A stretch of 64,000 nucleotides of DNA from Candidatus Thiodiazotropha sp. (ex Monitilora ramsayi). GTDB lineage: Bacteria; Pseudomonadota; Gammaproteobacteria; Chromatiales; Chromatiaceae. The notes beneath the pieces are model-generated. The model did no database searches and had not been told where the DNA came from. It worked only from the letters and a program-made list of their open reading frames with translations. Shown here piece after piece: positions 9,018 through 18,739 of this stretch (positions are counted from its first letter, which is position 1; the number at the start of each line of letters is the position of its first letter). A program made the position numbers and the translations under genes. The stretch covers positions 1,569-65,568 of the forward strand of contig JAHXIO010000033.1 in NCBI GenBank assembly GCA_025655595.1, read 5' to 3'.

Positions 9018-11024
9018 CTATCTCTCTTTGCCCTGCTTTGCCCGCTCCAGTCGCCACCAGGCATCCAGTGTGCAGGCCAGTGACCATGCCTGGGCAGGTG
9101 CGCCTCTTGGCAGGTGGGGTGGATCTCCGTCAAAAATCTCGCTGATCTGCCCAAGACCCGCATCCGTCAGATGGTCCGAAAATGGCAAGAGGTGTCGTTG
9201 CGCTGCTGCAGCATCGCCGGTAACCCGATACTCCGCCAGTGCGTAGTGTCCCAACAGCCAGGCCCATATCGTTCCCTGGTGATATGCACCATCGCGGTCA
9301 GCAACTCCCCCTTCGTAACGGCCGCGAAATGCCTTGTCGCGACGCGCCAGGGATCTCAGGCCATAGGAGGTCAGAAGCTCCCGGCCACAAAGGTCGACAA
9401 CCTCCCGGGAAATGTCTGGACTCAGTGGACTGTGGTGCAGGCTGACTGCAAAGATCTGGTTGGGACGTACACTCACATCGTCACCATGCGGTCCCTCCAC
9501 CACATCATTGAGTCCGCTTCCGTTCTCTTTTGAAAATTTTTGGAAGCTGGTCCTGACTTTTTGAGCGTCTTGACGGTAAGATTCAGCCGGTTTGTCCAGG
9601 CATTCGGCAAAGTCTCCCATGATGCATAGCGCGTTGTACCAGAGGGCATTGATCTCGACCGGTTTTCCGATACGAGGCGTGACAACCCAATCGCCAACCT
9701 TTGCATCCATCCAAGTCAGTTGCATACCGGGTTCACCTGCCGATATGAGTCGATCCGTCGCATCCATGCCGATACCGTAACGGGTACCCTTTTTATACCA
9801 GTCGATAATCCCGCAAAGGGTCGGAAAGACGGTAGCGAGGCTCGCTTCGTCACCCGTCACCTCAAGGTAGGCACGCCAGGCCTCAATGTACCAGAGCGCT
9901 GCATCCACCGTGTTGTATTCAGGAGTTTCACCCTGCCCGACAAACCGGTTAGGCAGTTGTCCCTGCTCAACCAGACCGGCATAGCTCAAGAGGATGGAGC
10001 GGGCAATCTCCGGATGACCCATGGCGAGTGTCAAGCCGCTGAGTGAGATCATCGTATCCCGCCCCCAATCCCCGAACCATGGATAACCGGCGATGATAGA
10101 GCTGCCCGATCTACCTGGCGGCAGCTGTCTATAAATCAGGAAGTCATTCGCACTCAACGTCAGCCGGCGTATCCACTCTGGCGCCAAAGAAAACAGATCA
10201 TCCTCTTTTCCGATGATAATCTCTCTGTCACGACTCAAAAACCCCTCCATGGATGCAGCAAGGTCGAACGATGGTTCCTGTTCGAGGCTGACGGCAAAGC
10301 CCACCCAGTGATTCGGCACCAGTGTATAGACCAGCCGCCCTACTGAAAGATTGTTATCCAATGAGGCAAGCCCGCGTTCACTCTCACATTTCAACTCGAA
10401 CCCCTCGTACCAGTGCTGCCAGGGTTCGATCTCCGCCTCTGTTGTCATTAATCGAAGCCGCTCGCCCTGCGGCCAGGTGACCTCTAGTTCATTAGGTGAA
10501 GCGAAGACCGAGGCGGTACTCTCACTGATCGGCATGACGCCATGGTGATCGCGCCGGTTAGCCAACAGATCGACACTCAATGTTACCGGCTCATCGGAAC
10601 CTGTATAGAGATAGGCCACATAGGTGGTCGCCTGCTCCGGCTCCATCCAGATGCGTATTTCCAGATTCACAGTTCCAATCGCATAACGCCAAACCGGCAT
10701 CCGACCCACCAACTCAAAACTTTCCAGGTAACGATAGCCTGCCGGTTCGATGACATCGCCATACCATCGGTTGGTAAAGAGCGGCCACTCGCAGTCAAAT
10801 ACCTTAAGCGTGGCATCCGCTTTGGCCACCATCAGATGCCGATCCAAAGCGCCGGATAACGGCGACACAAGCAGTCCGTGATAGCGGCGAGTCAGGCTGC
10901 CCGCGACATTTCCACCCGCATAGCCCCCCTTTCCGTTAGCCAACCACCACTCGCGTCTCTCTGCCTGCTGCAAGTTACCGCAAATCTCTCTGCCGAAGCG
11001 GATGGTATGAGACATCTCATCCAC
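9018..11024 (-). CDS. amylo-alpha-1,6-glucosidase / glycogen debranching enzyme family protein
   Basis: It has an N-terminal GDE_N-like region and a C-terminal GDE_C signature (IIAGYPWFGDWGRDTMISL). The 668-aa length is typical for bacterial and archaeal GDE-like proteins. Confidence 0.85.
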   Translation of the reverse strand: MDEMSHTIRFGREICGNLQQAERREWWLANGKGGYAGGNVAGSLTRRYHGLLVSPLSGALDRHLMVAKADATLKVFDCEWPLFTNRWYGDVIEPAGYRYLESFELVGRMPVWRYAIGTVNLEIRIWMEPEQATTYVAYLYTGSDEPVTLSVDLLANRRDHHGVMPISESTASVFASPNELEVTWPQGERLRLMTTEAEIEPWQHWYEGFELKCESERGLASLDNNLSVGRLVYTLVPNHWVGFAVSLEQEPSFDLAASMEGFLSRDREIIIGKEDDLFSLAPEWIRRLTLSANDFLIYRQLPPGRSGSSIIAGYPWFGDWGRDTMISLSGLTLAMGHPEIARSILLSYAGLVEQGQLPNRFVGQGETPEYNTVDAALWYIEAWRAYLEVTGDEASLATVFPTLCGIIDWYKKGTRYGIGMDATDRLISAGEPGMQLTWMDAKVGDWVVTPRIGKPVEINALWYNALCIMGDFAECLDKPAESYRQDAQKVRTSFQKFSKENGSGLNDVVEGPHGDDVSVRPNQIFAVSLHHSPLSPDISREVVDLCGRELLTSYGLRSLARRDKAFRGRYEGGVADRDGAYHQGTIWAWLLGHYALAEYRVTGDAAAAQRHLLPFSDHLTDAGLGQISEIFDGDPPHLPRGAPAQAWSLACTLDAWWRLERAKQGKER

Positions 11025-11832
11025 CCTCCCTAAACCCGGGATAGAGGGTCATGCCACCGTCAACGAATAGTGTGGTGCCGGTGACATAGTCGGATTCGTC
11101 GGAGGCGAGCCAAACCGTCGCCTTGGCGATATCCGCGGGGTCGCCGATCCGTTCATAGGGAATCAGTTTGAGCAATGAGGCTTCAGCCTCCCGGGTCTCC
11201 CAGGCAGAACGATTGATGGGAGTACGGATGGCGCCTGGTGCAATACCGTTGACGCGAATCTTCTGATGGGCCAACTCCTGGGCCACACTCTGCATGAACA
11301 TCATGACACCGCCCTTTGATGCCGCATAGTTGACATGTCCGGCCCAGGGAATTACCTCATGTACAGACGACATGCATATCACCTTTCCCGCCGCGCAGGA
11401 GAGATCAGGCACCACTCCCCGCCGGGCGAATTCCCTCGCCGCTTCCCGGGTGCAGAGGAACTGTCCTGTGAGATTGACCTCCATGACCTTATTCCATTGT
11501 GCCAGCGACATATCGAGAAAGGGGGCATCTCTCTGAATCCCGGCGTTGTTGACCAGGATATCGATACTGCCCCAGGCCTCGATCATCTGCGAGAACATAC
11601 GCTCCACGTCAACCTCATTGCTGACGTCTGCATAAATGGCCATGGCCTCGCCACCGGACTTCTCGATTTCATTAACCAGTTTCTGCGCTGCGGGTTCATC
11701 CACCACATAGTTGATGACTACCTTGGCTCCAGACATGGCCAACCCTCTTGCAACGGCAGCGCCAATACCGGAATTTGCACCGGTTACCAATGCACGTTGA
11801 CCTGCCAGCAAGGATCCGTCCTGGTGACTCAT
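11017..11832 (-). CDS. glucose 1-dehydrogenase-type short-chain dehydrogenase (SDR)
   Basis: It is collinear with Bacillus Gdh: TGANSGIG, VINY, GGEA.A..ADVS, NNAG, NLTGQF, MSSVHEVIPW, YAASKGG, IRVNGIAPGAI.TPIN, LASDESDYVTGTTLFVDGGMTLYPGF. It overlaps the start of the GDE gene by 8 nt. Confidence 0.85.
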   Translation of the reverse strand: MSHQDGSLLAGQRALVTGANSGIGAAVARGLAMSGAKVVINYVVDEPAAQKLVNEIEKSGGEAMAIYADVSNEVDVERMFSQMIEAWGSIDILVNNAGIQRDAPFLDMSLAQWNKVMEVNLTGQFLCTREAAREFARRGVVPDLSCAAGKVICMSSVHEVIPWAGHVNYAASKGGVMMFMQSVAQELAHQKIRVNGIAPGAIRTPINRSAWETREAEASLLKLIPYERIGDPADIAKATVWLASDESDYVTGTTLFVDGGMTLYPGFREGG

Positions 11833-12040
11833 TATTCAGCCCCCCCCTTTTTTATTACGTAAGATAATCCTAGTCAGATTTCTCAACTGACGCATGGCAT
11901 GAATCCCAGAAAGATGTAACGGTTTGTAAAGACCTTGTGTGAACCAGGTACGAACGGATGTGAGAAGTTCTACCCTTCGGCGGTTATCCATTCGACCTGA
12001 CCTGATGCGGGAGTTATGAGACAATCGCCCGCTTTCCATT

Positions 12041-15000
12041 TTGCCACCGGTACTCATGCACGATTCCCGCACAAACAGCTCTCCCTTCGACCCGCAACTG
12101 CCCAAAACAGAGGGCGAACGCCTGCAGTGGGGACAGCTCTATGGCAGTGCCAGCGCACTGGCGATCGCCAATGCAGCGAGAATCCACCCGGGCCTGATCC
12201 TGGTAGTCACTATAGATGTGCAATCGGCCTCCCGATTGGAACAGGAGTTGCGCTTCTTTCTGCACGGCACGGGGACACCTGTAATCAACTTCCCCGACTG
12301 GGAGACACTGCCCTACGATCTCTTCTCTCCCCTTCCTGAATTGATCTCCCAACGCTTGCAGACACTCTACCGCCTACCCCGGATGGATAAGGGGGTGTTG
12401 GTTTCACCCGTCTCCACCCTGATGCAGCGCCTCCCTCCACAGACCTTTCTCGATGCCAACTGTCTGATGGTGGAGAAAGGTCAACTACTGGACATCGAGT
12501 CCACACGAAAACAACTGGAACATAGCGGTTATCAGTGTGTCTCTCAGGTCCTCAGCCACGGTGAGTTTGCGGTTAGAGGGTCGCTGATCGACATCTACCC
12601 CATGGGGAGCACAACCCCGTATCGTATCGATCTATTTGATGATGAGGTCGACAGCATCCGAATCTTTGAACCGGAGACCCAGCGTTCAGCGGAAAAACTT
12701 GAGCGGATCGAGCTGCTGCCCGCGAGGGAATTTCCCCTGGATGAGACGGCCATTGCACTTTTCCGACGCAACTACCGAATGCAGTTCGAGGGGGATCTGC
12801 AGAGAAGTCTCATCTATCAGGATGTCTCAGACGGCAAACTGCCCAGTGGCCTAGAGTACTATCTGCCCCTGTTTTTCGAACAGACCGCAACACTTTTCGA
12901 CTATCTCCCAGAAAACCGGTTACTGATACAACTTGAGGGCACTCATGAGCAGGCAGAGACATTCATGGAAGAGGTGGAAGCTCGGTTCGAGGCAAGACGC
13001 CACGATATCGAGCGTCCGCTACTGCCACCGAGACAGCTCTACCTGGATGCGGATGAACTGGTCGCCAGGCTGAAAAGTGGAAGTGCTATTCGTCTCTCTA
13101 CACATGAACTGCCGCCTGGGCGGGTCAAGGGCTACTCCGATTCCGTCAATTTTGGCACACAGACGCTGCCGCCGGTGGCATTCCAGGCACGCAGCCAAAC
13201 ACCGGCGGGTGCTTTAAATCAGTTCATATCGGGAAAGGAGCTGCGCCTCTTGTTTGTCGCCGAGAGTGCGGGCCGCCGAGAGATGCTTCAGAGTACTCTG
13301 CGGGATTTAGGCATCCAGCCAACACTCCTCTCTGACTGGCAGGCTTTTCTCGACAATGAATCCTCCATCGGACTCTGTGTGGCGCCACTGGAACAGGCCC
13401 TATGGCTTGAGACAGCCGGCATCGCTCTTATCACAGAGACACAGTTATACGGCGAACGGGTCAGACAGGAGCGGCGAAGACGTAAAGTCAGCCAGGACCC
13501 GGATCAGATAGTCCGTAATCTTACGGAACTCCATATCGGCGCCCCTGTGGTGCACGAGGATCATGGTGTCGGGCGCTACCAGGGACTGCAGACACTTGAG
13601 GTGGGCGGATTGCACACCGAGTTCCTGACTCTTGAGTACGCGCGAGGCGACAAGCTCTACGTGCCAGTTGCCTCACTCCATCTGATCAGCCGATATGCCG
13701 GTGCTTCACCGGAAAACGCCCCGCTGCATCGTCTGGGCGGTGACCAATGGGAGAAGACCAAACGCAAGGCTGCCAAACAGATCCGGGATGTGGCGGCGGA
13801 ACTGCTTGAGATCTATGCGCGCAGAGCGGCTCGTAAAGGCATCGCGTTTCCACCACCCGACGCCGAATATCAAGCGTTCGGTGCCTCATTCGAGTTTGAA
13901 GAGACACCCGATCAACAACAGACCATCGATGCCGTATTAGGGGACATGGAATCTCCCCAGCCCATGGACCGAGTGGTCTGTGGCGATGTGGGTTTCGGTA
14001 AAACCGAAGTGGCGATGCGTGCAGCGTTCATGGCGACACAGGGCAACAAGCAGGTTGCTGTGCTGGTACCGACAACGCTTCTGGCCCAGCAACATTTCCA
14101 GAATTTCAGCGACAGGTTTGCCGACTGGCCGGTGAAGGTCGAATCGCTCTCCCGTTTTCGTACTGCAAAACAACAACAGAGCGTCATCGATGGACTGGCC
14201 GATGGCAAGATCGATATCGTGGTCGGCACCCACAAACTCCTCACCGCAGGTATCGATTTCAAAAATCTCGGCTTGGTCATTATCGATGAAGAGCACCGCT
14301 TCGGGGTACGACATAAAGAGAAGCTCAAGGCGCTGCGCAGTGAAGTGGATCTGCTCACCCTGACCGCCACCCCAATCCCGCGGACGCTCAACATGGCCAT
14401 GTCCGGCATGCGAGATCTCTCCATCATCGCCACACCGCCCGCCCTGCGACACCCTGTAAAGACCTTCGTCAGTCAGTGGAATGACGGATTGATTATCGAA
14501 GCCTGCCAACGTGAGTTGAAGCGCGGCGGCCAGATCTACTTTCTGCACAACGAGGTCAGCACGATTGAGAACATGGCGGAGAGACTGGAAGATCTCCTGC
14601 CGGGCATACGCCTGCAAGTGGCACATGGACAGATGCGGGAACGCCAGTTGGAAGGCATCATGCGTGACTTCTATCATCAGCGTTTCAGTCTGCTGGTCTG
14701 TACCACCATTGTGGAGAGCGGCATCGATATCCCCACCGCCAATACCATTATCATCAACCGGGCGGATAAACTGGGTCTGGCACAGCTGCACCAGATCCGC
14801 GGCCGGGTGGGACGTTCACACCACAGAGCCTACGCCTATCTGGTGACACCACCGCCAGGAAGCATGACAAGTGACGCTAAAAAGCGACTAGAAGCCATTG
14901 AATCTCTTGAAGATCTTGGCGCAGGATTTACCCTTGCAACCCATGACCTGGAGATTCGGGGAGCCGGTGAACTGCTGGGTGACGAGCAGAGTGGACAGAT

Positions 15001-15535
15001 CCACGAAATCGGTTTCACTCTCTATACCGAATTATTGGAGCGGGCCGTTGCTGCGCTTAAGTCGGGACGTCAACCGGAGCTCGATCGCCCGTTGGACCAC
15101 GGCACCGAAGTGGATCTGAATATGCCTGCCCTGCTACCCGAAGACTATCTACCGGATGTCCACAGCCGCCTGGTGCTCTACAAACGTATCGCCAGTGCAG
15201 CGGACGACGCTGATTTGAGGGAACTTCAGGTAGAGATGATAGACAGATTCGGTCTACTGCCCCAGTCAGCCAAAAATCTATTCGAAATCACTGAACTAAA
15301 ACTGCGGGCCCACCCCTTGGGCATTCGCAAGATTGAGGCCGGACCCAAGGGTGCTCGCCTGTTGTTTGATGAGACTCCGGCTGTCGATCCCGCCAAACTG
15401 ATCGCACTTATTCAAAGCAAACCCCATACCTACCGCCTCGAGGGTGGTGATAAGCTACGCTATATCGCCGATCTCGAAACTGCCGACTTTCGGGTCGGGA
15501 AGATGCACGATCTGCTCGACACCCTGACAGAGTGA
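12041..15535 (+). CDS. mfd: transcription-repair coupling factor Mfd
   Basis: It has a UvrB-homology N-terminus, a CarD/RID region (GAPVVHEDHGVGRY) and superfamily-2 helicase motifs (GDVGFGKTEVA, DEEHRFGV, LTLTATPIPRT, QLHQIRGRVGR). The start is either the TTG at 12041 or the ATG at 12056. Confidence 0.95.
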   Translation: MPPVLMHDSRTNSSPFDPQLPKTEGERLQWGQLYGSASALAIANAARIHPGLILVVTIDVQSASRLEQELRFFLHGTGTPVINFPDWETLPYDLFSPLPELISQRLQTLYRLPRMDKGVLVSPVSTLMQRLPPQTFLDANCLMVEKGQLLDIESTRKQLEHSGYQCVSQVLSHGEFAVRGSLIDIYPMGSTTPYRIDLFDDEVDSIRIFEPETQRSAEKLERIELLPAREFPLDETAIALFRRNYRMQFEGDLQRSLIYQDVSDGKLPSGLEYYLPLFFEQTATLFDYLPENRLLIQLEGTHEQAETFMEEVEARFEARRHDIERPLLPPRQLYLDADELVARLKSGSAIRLSTHELPPGRVKGYSDSVNFGTQTLPPVAFQARSQTPAGALNQFISGKELRLLFVAESAGRREMLQSTLRDLGIQPTLLSDWQAFLDNESSIGLCVAPLEQALWLETAGIALITETQLYGERVRQERRRRKVSQDPDQIVRNLTELHIGAPVVHEDHGVGRYQGLQTLEVGGLHTEFLTLEYARGDKLYVPVASLHLISRYAGASPENAPLHRLGGDQWEKTKRKAAKQIRDVAAELLEIYARRAARKGIAFPPPDAEYQAFGASFEFEETPDQQQTIDAVLGDMESPQPMDRVVCGDVGFGKTEVAMRAAFMATQGNKQVAVLVPTTLLAQQHFQNFSDRFADWPVKVESLSRFRTAKQQQSVIDGLADGKIDIVVGTHKLLTAGIDFKNLGLVIIDEEHRFGVRHKEKLKALRSEVDLLTLTATPIPRTLNMAMSGMRDLSIIATPPALRHPVKTFVSQWNDGLIIEACQRELKRGGQIYFLHNEVSTIENMAERLEDLLPGIRLQVAHGQMRERQLEGIMRDFYHQRFSLLVCTTIVESGIDIPTANTIIINRADKLGLAQLHQIRGRVGRSHHRAYAYLVTPPPGSMTSDAKKRLEAIESLEDLGAGFTLATHDLEIRGAGELLGDEQSGQIHEIGFTLYTELLERAVAALKSGRQPELDRPLDHGTEVDLNMPALLPEDYLPDVHSRLVLYKRIASAADDADLRELQVEMIDRFGLLPQSAKNLFEITELKLRAHPLGIRKIEAGPKGARLLFDETPAVDPAKLIALIQSKPHTYRLEGGDKLRYIADLETADFRVGKMHDLLDTLTE

Positions 15536-16293
15536 CTGATGGAATGAACAAACTGATCCCCGCATTGTTTCTTGGACTGCTGATAACACTGCCCTACCCA
15601 CTACTGGCAGATCAGCATGAACCGGCAGCAGAGCCCCCCTGGTATGAATTCGAGGTGCTGATTTTTCAGCGTCTCAACAAAGGTGCAGGGTCGACCGAGC
15701 TTTGGCCCCTCGAAGATGAGATCAGAGAATGGCAGGACGTCATTCCCTTCGATACGCGGGGAAAATCGACGATGAGGGACGACAAGCCGATCCCCTATCG
15801 CCCGCTGCCGGCTGCAGAGAGACGACTCAACGACATCTGGACACGTTTTCGCAACTCCCGAAACTATCGACCGCTATATCACGTCGCCTGGCGGCAGCAA
15901 GTAGTCAATCCGGATGATGCGCAGGCCATCTATATCAGTCTGCTGCCGAAAGACGAGGAGGTGTCGGGGATGATGACTCTGCCGAAGCTGGAAGGCACCC
16001 TCAAACTCGGTGTAAAACGCTACCTCCACATATCGGCGGATCTTTTATTCCGTCAATTTTCGGACGAAGGACTCACAACCTACCCCATGCAGGCCCAACG
16101 CCGCATGCGCAGCGGAAAACTGCACTATCTTGACCACCCTCTCCTCGGTGTCCTGATACAGGCGGAGAAGTACGTGCCGCCGGAACCTGAACCCGAACCA
16201 GAACCGATACTGGAGACTGAAACACCGGAGCCCGCTCAGACGCCTTCACCCGAAGGGTCGGTGCCCGCCGTTACGCCGTCGACTCAGCGCTGA
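15532..16293 (+). CDS. csiV: CsiV-family periplasmic protein
   Basis: It has a signal peptide, then PPWYEFEVLIFQR, YRPLYHVAWRQ and LHYLDHPLLGVLIQ, which are typical of the CsiV (DUF2803) family that sits next to mfd in Vibrio and other gammaproteobacteria. The start overlaps the mfd stop (GTGA); an ATG at 15544 is an alternative. Confidence 0.7.
   Translation: MTDGMNKLIPALFLGLLITLPYPLLADQHEPAAEPPWYEFEVLIFQRLNKGAGSTELWPLEDEIREWQDVIPFDTRGKSTMRDDKPIPYRPLPAAERRLNDIWTRFRNSRNYRPLYHVAWRQQVVNPDDAQAIYISLLPKDEEVSGMMTLPKLEGTLKLGVKRYLHISADLLFRQFSDEGLTTYPMQAQRRMRSGKLHYLDHPLLGVLIQAEKYVPPEPEPEPEPILETETPEPAQTPSPEGSVPAVTPSTQR
16183..16206 (+). repeat. (GAACCN)x4 tandem repeat encoding a PEPEPEPE tract in the CsiV-like tail
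   Basis: The sequence gaacct gaaccc gaacca gaaccg can be read directly. It lies in a low-complexity Pro/Glu/Thr-rich C-terminus. Confidence 0.9.
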
Positions 16294-16910
16294 TCCAAGG
16301 TCAGTGTCTGCAGCTGGGCCGCTATTTCTCTGGCCAGGTTTTGTACAGCCTCGCTGGCTGCCTCCACACCTGCCTCTATGCTTGAGCCCTCGGCCTGCGC
16401 TTCAATCAGCGTCTGATCCAGATGGAGCAATCTGTGCTCTCTCTGTTTAATCAGGCTCCATCTGGCCTGCAACCTTATCTTATCCGCCTCTCGATCAAAT
16501 CGGCTGATATAGAGAACCACTTCATAATCCGGTTCCACGCTGCTGTTCCAGGGATGTCCGATAACCTGCACCTGAGGCATGGCCTGCTGCATGACGTTTG
16601 ACAGTACCTGCACCAGATTCTCCTGCAGGGTGCCGCCCCAGCGATCGAACTCGTAGAGCGTCAGCCGATGGGGGGATTGGCGCTCCACAATCTGAGGCCG
16701 ATCAAGATAGCTCGCCAGGCGGACCGGACCTACCCCGACCAAGGGTAGATTATCACCAGCCTGGGAATGCTGTGGCATCACGACTCCGGAGAGTTGACTA
16801 TCCAGCCGATAGAAGCGGGAAGGCTGCGATGGGGCCGTACATCCAAGGGTGCTCAAAAGAAAAATCAGAACGATGAGTCTGACGATGTACCCTGAAAGTG
16901 AATCCATCAC
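16284..16910 (-). CDS. PqiC-like (DUF330) ABC-transport auxiliary lipoprotein
   Basis: It has a lipobox (LLSTLGC) followed by SRFYRL, typical of the auxiliary lipoprotein that ends Mce-type ABC operons. It overlaps the upstream MCE gene by 4 nt. Confidence 0.75.
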   Translation of the reverse strand: MMDSLSGYIVRLIVLIFLLSTLGCTAPSQPSRFYRLDSQLSGVVMPQHSQAGDNLPLVGVGPVRLASYLDRPQIVERQSPHRLTLYEFDRWGGTLQENLVQVLSNVMQQAMPQVQVIGHPWNSSVEPDYEVVLYISRFDREADKIRLQARWSLIKQREHRLLHLDQTLIEAQAEGSSIEAGVEAASEAVQNLAREIAAQLQTLTLDQR

Positions 16911-17929
16911 TGCTTACCTCTCAATAGCGCTTCCGGATGGCGCTCCAGATACTCCGACATCACACGGATCGAGCGGGCCGCAGCCCCAAACTCCCGTAAT
17001 GCGGCACGCATTTCACTGACCAGTGGCGCATCCTGGTTGATCATCTTATCGGCTGAAACCGCCACTTGCCGCACCTGATCAAAAGTGGCCTCGCCACTTG
17101 CCAGGGTCGCATCCCAATTGGAAAATGCAGTCTCAAGCCGCCGTTCGGAAAAACTGATCAATCGTCTTGTCTCCCTGGTCGTTTCAGTGAGCTCCCGAAT
17201 CAATATCCGCGCCTCTTCCATTGTCTGCTGGCTTCCGGTAAGCAGTTTGGGTGTCTCCGTCTCCAATTGATAGGATATGGAATCCAACCGTTCGCTCATC
17301 AGGCCCAGTGTCTCAATCATCTTGGGAATTTCACCGCTTGCAAATACCCGATCGATGCTGTCGAGTATTTCAGATACCCGCCGTGTAATTCGTTTAATCG
17401 GCAACTCTTCTATCGCGCTGGCGAGTTTCTCCAAATTTGATTGAATGGTAGGTATTTCAGGGTACTTTTCATCCTTCCTGCCGATGAGACGAATCTCGGT
17501 TCTCGGCTCGAAGCTGAGTTCGACCTCGAGTTTGCCCGTCACCAGACTTTGCAGATTGAGACGTGCCCGGAGCCCCTGCTGAATCATCTGATCCAGGTCA
17601 AACAACCCCTCAGTCTCTCGCTCCACGCCGTCAAACACTACCTTCCCACTATCGATGCTGATAGTGACAGGGATTCTGAACTCTCTGTTCTGACTGTCGT
17701 AGGCGATCTGCATCGATTCGACCTGCCCGATCTTGACCCCTCGAAAATTGACTGGGGATCCAATCTGCAGGCCTTTGATATCACCCTCGAAATAGAGGAT
17801 GAAGTAGTTTCTCGACTGGCCGGAGAATCCGTTGCTTGAGAGGTAGAAGACTGCCCCCAAGCCAAGTAAAATCGCGCCAAGGATAAATGCCCCGATCAGT
17901 CCCGGATTCACCTTGCCCTGACGACTCAT
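16907..17929 (-). CDS. MlaD/MCE-domain substrate-binding protein
   Basis: It has an N-terminal TM helix, an MCE domain (LQIGSPVNFRGVKIGQV) and a long helical C-terminal region. Confidence 0.85.
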   Translation of the reverse strand: MSRQGKVNPGLIGAFILGAILLGLGAVFYLSSNGFSGQSRNYFILYFEGDIKGLQIGSPVNFRGVKIGQVESMQIAYDSQNREFRIPVTISIDSGKVVFDGVERETEGLFDLDQMIQQGLRARLNLQSLVTGKLEVELSFEPRTEIRLIGRKDEKYPEIPTIQSNLEKLASAIEELPIKRITRRVSEILDSIDRVFASGEIPKMIETLGLMSERLDSISYQLETETPKLLTGSQQTMEEARILIRELTETTRETRRLISFSERRLETAFSNWDATLASGEATFDQVRQVAVSADKMINQDAPLVSEMRAALREFGAAARSIRVMSEYLERHPEALLRGKQ

Positions 17930-18735
17930 ACGATGCCACTCCGCATGGTTTCGGACGACTCCTCTCCACGGGTCAGAAAACTTCTGACCTTTGGATCATT
18001 CGACTGCTTAAGTAGTTGGTTAGGGTCGCCCGAAGCGATCATGGTTTTTCCTTCCGGATCGAGAAAGACTGAATTATTGCCGATGGCAAAGATACTGGCC
18101 AACTCATGCGTCACCACCACAATCGTGGTGCCGAGACTCTGGTTCAGTTCAAGAATCAGATCATCCAGTCTTCTGGCGCTGACCGGGTCGAGACCGGCCG
18201 ATGGTTCATCGAAAAAGAGCAGCTCCGGATCCAATGCCATGGCGCGTGCCAAACCTGCCCGTTTCTGCATGCCGCCGCTGATCTCAGCGGGATAGTATTC
18301 CTCAAACCCTCTCAATCCCACCAGTGAGAGTTTGTAGGAGACCAGTTCCCGAATCTGCTCTCTGGACAGTGCTGTGTACTCCTGCAAGGGTAACGCAATG
18401 TTTTCCGCCAAGGTCATGGAGGTCCAGAGCGCACCGCTCTGATAAAGCACCCCCATGCGCCTTAACAAGTCGTCACGCTCATCAGGCGGCAGATGCCAGA
18501 GTGATTTCCCTTCATAGATCACTTCCCCCTTCGCCGGCGATTTGAGTCCGATCAGATGCCGTAACAGGGTACTCTTGCCGCAACCGCTGCCACCCATGAT
18601 TATAAAAACATCGCCGCGCTGTATGGTGAAATTGAGATCCCGCTGGATAACAAAATCCCCATAGGCCATGGTCAGATCGCTGACTTCGATATGGACCGGG
18701 TTCGCTACCTCATCTGCCGGCTGTGATTGCGCCAT
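17926..18735 (-). CDS. ABC transporter ATP-binding protein (MlaF-like)
   Basis: Walker A (GGSGCGKST), ABC signature (ISGGMQKR), Walker B (LLFFDEP) and H-loop (VVVTHEL) are all present. Confidence 0.9.
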   Translation of the reverse strand: MAQSQPADEVANPVHIEVSDLTMAYGDFVIQRDLNFTIQRGDVFIIMGGSGCGKSTLLRHLIGLKSPAKGEVIYEGKSLWHLPPDERDDLLRRMGVLYQSGALWTSMTLAENIALPLQEYTALSREQIRELVSYKLSLVGLRGFEEYYPAEISGGMQKRAGLARAMALDPELLFFDEPSAGLDPVSARRLDDLILELNQSLGTTIVVVTHELASIFAIGNNSVFLDPEGKTMIASGDPNQLLKQSNDPKVRSFLTRGEESSETMRSGIV

Positions 18736-18739
18736 TCGA

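Noticed and set aside
13937-14791. A 284-aa ORF on the minus strand. Similar long antisense ORFs occur at 24947-25489, 27825-28340, 44171-44731 and 47355-47810.
   Set aside because: Each is embedded antisense in a strongly supported gene (mfd, ppk, Na/Pi, gyrA, mtaD). None has an SD or recognisable motifs.
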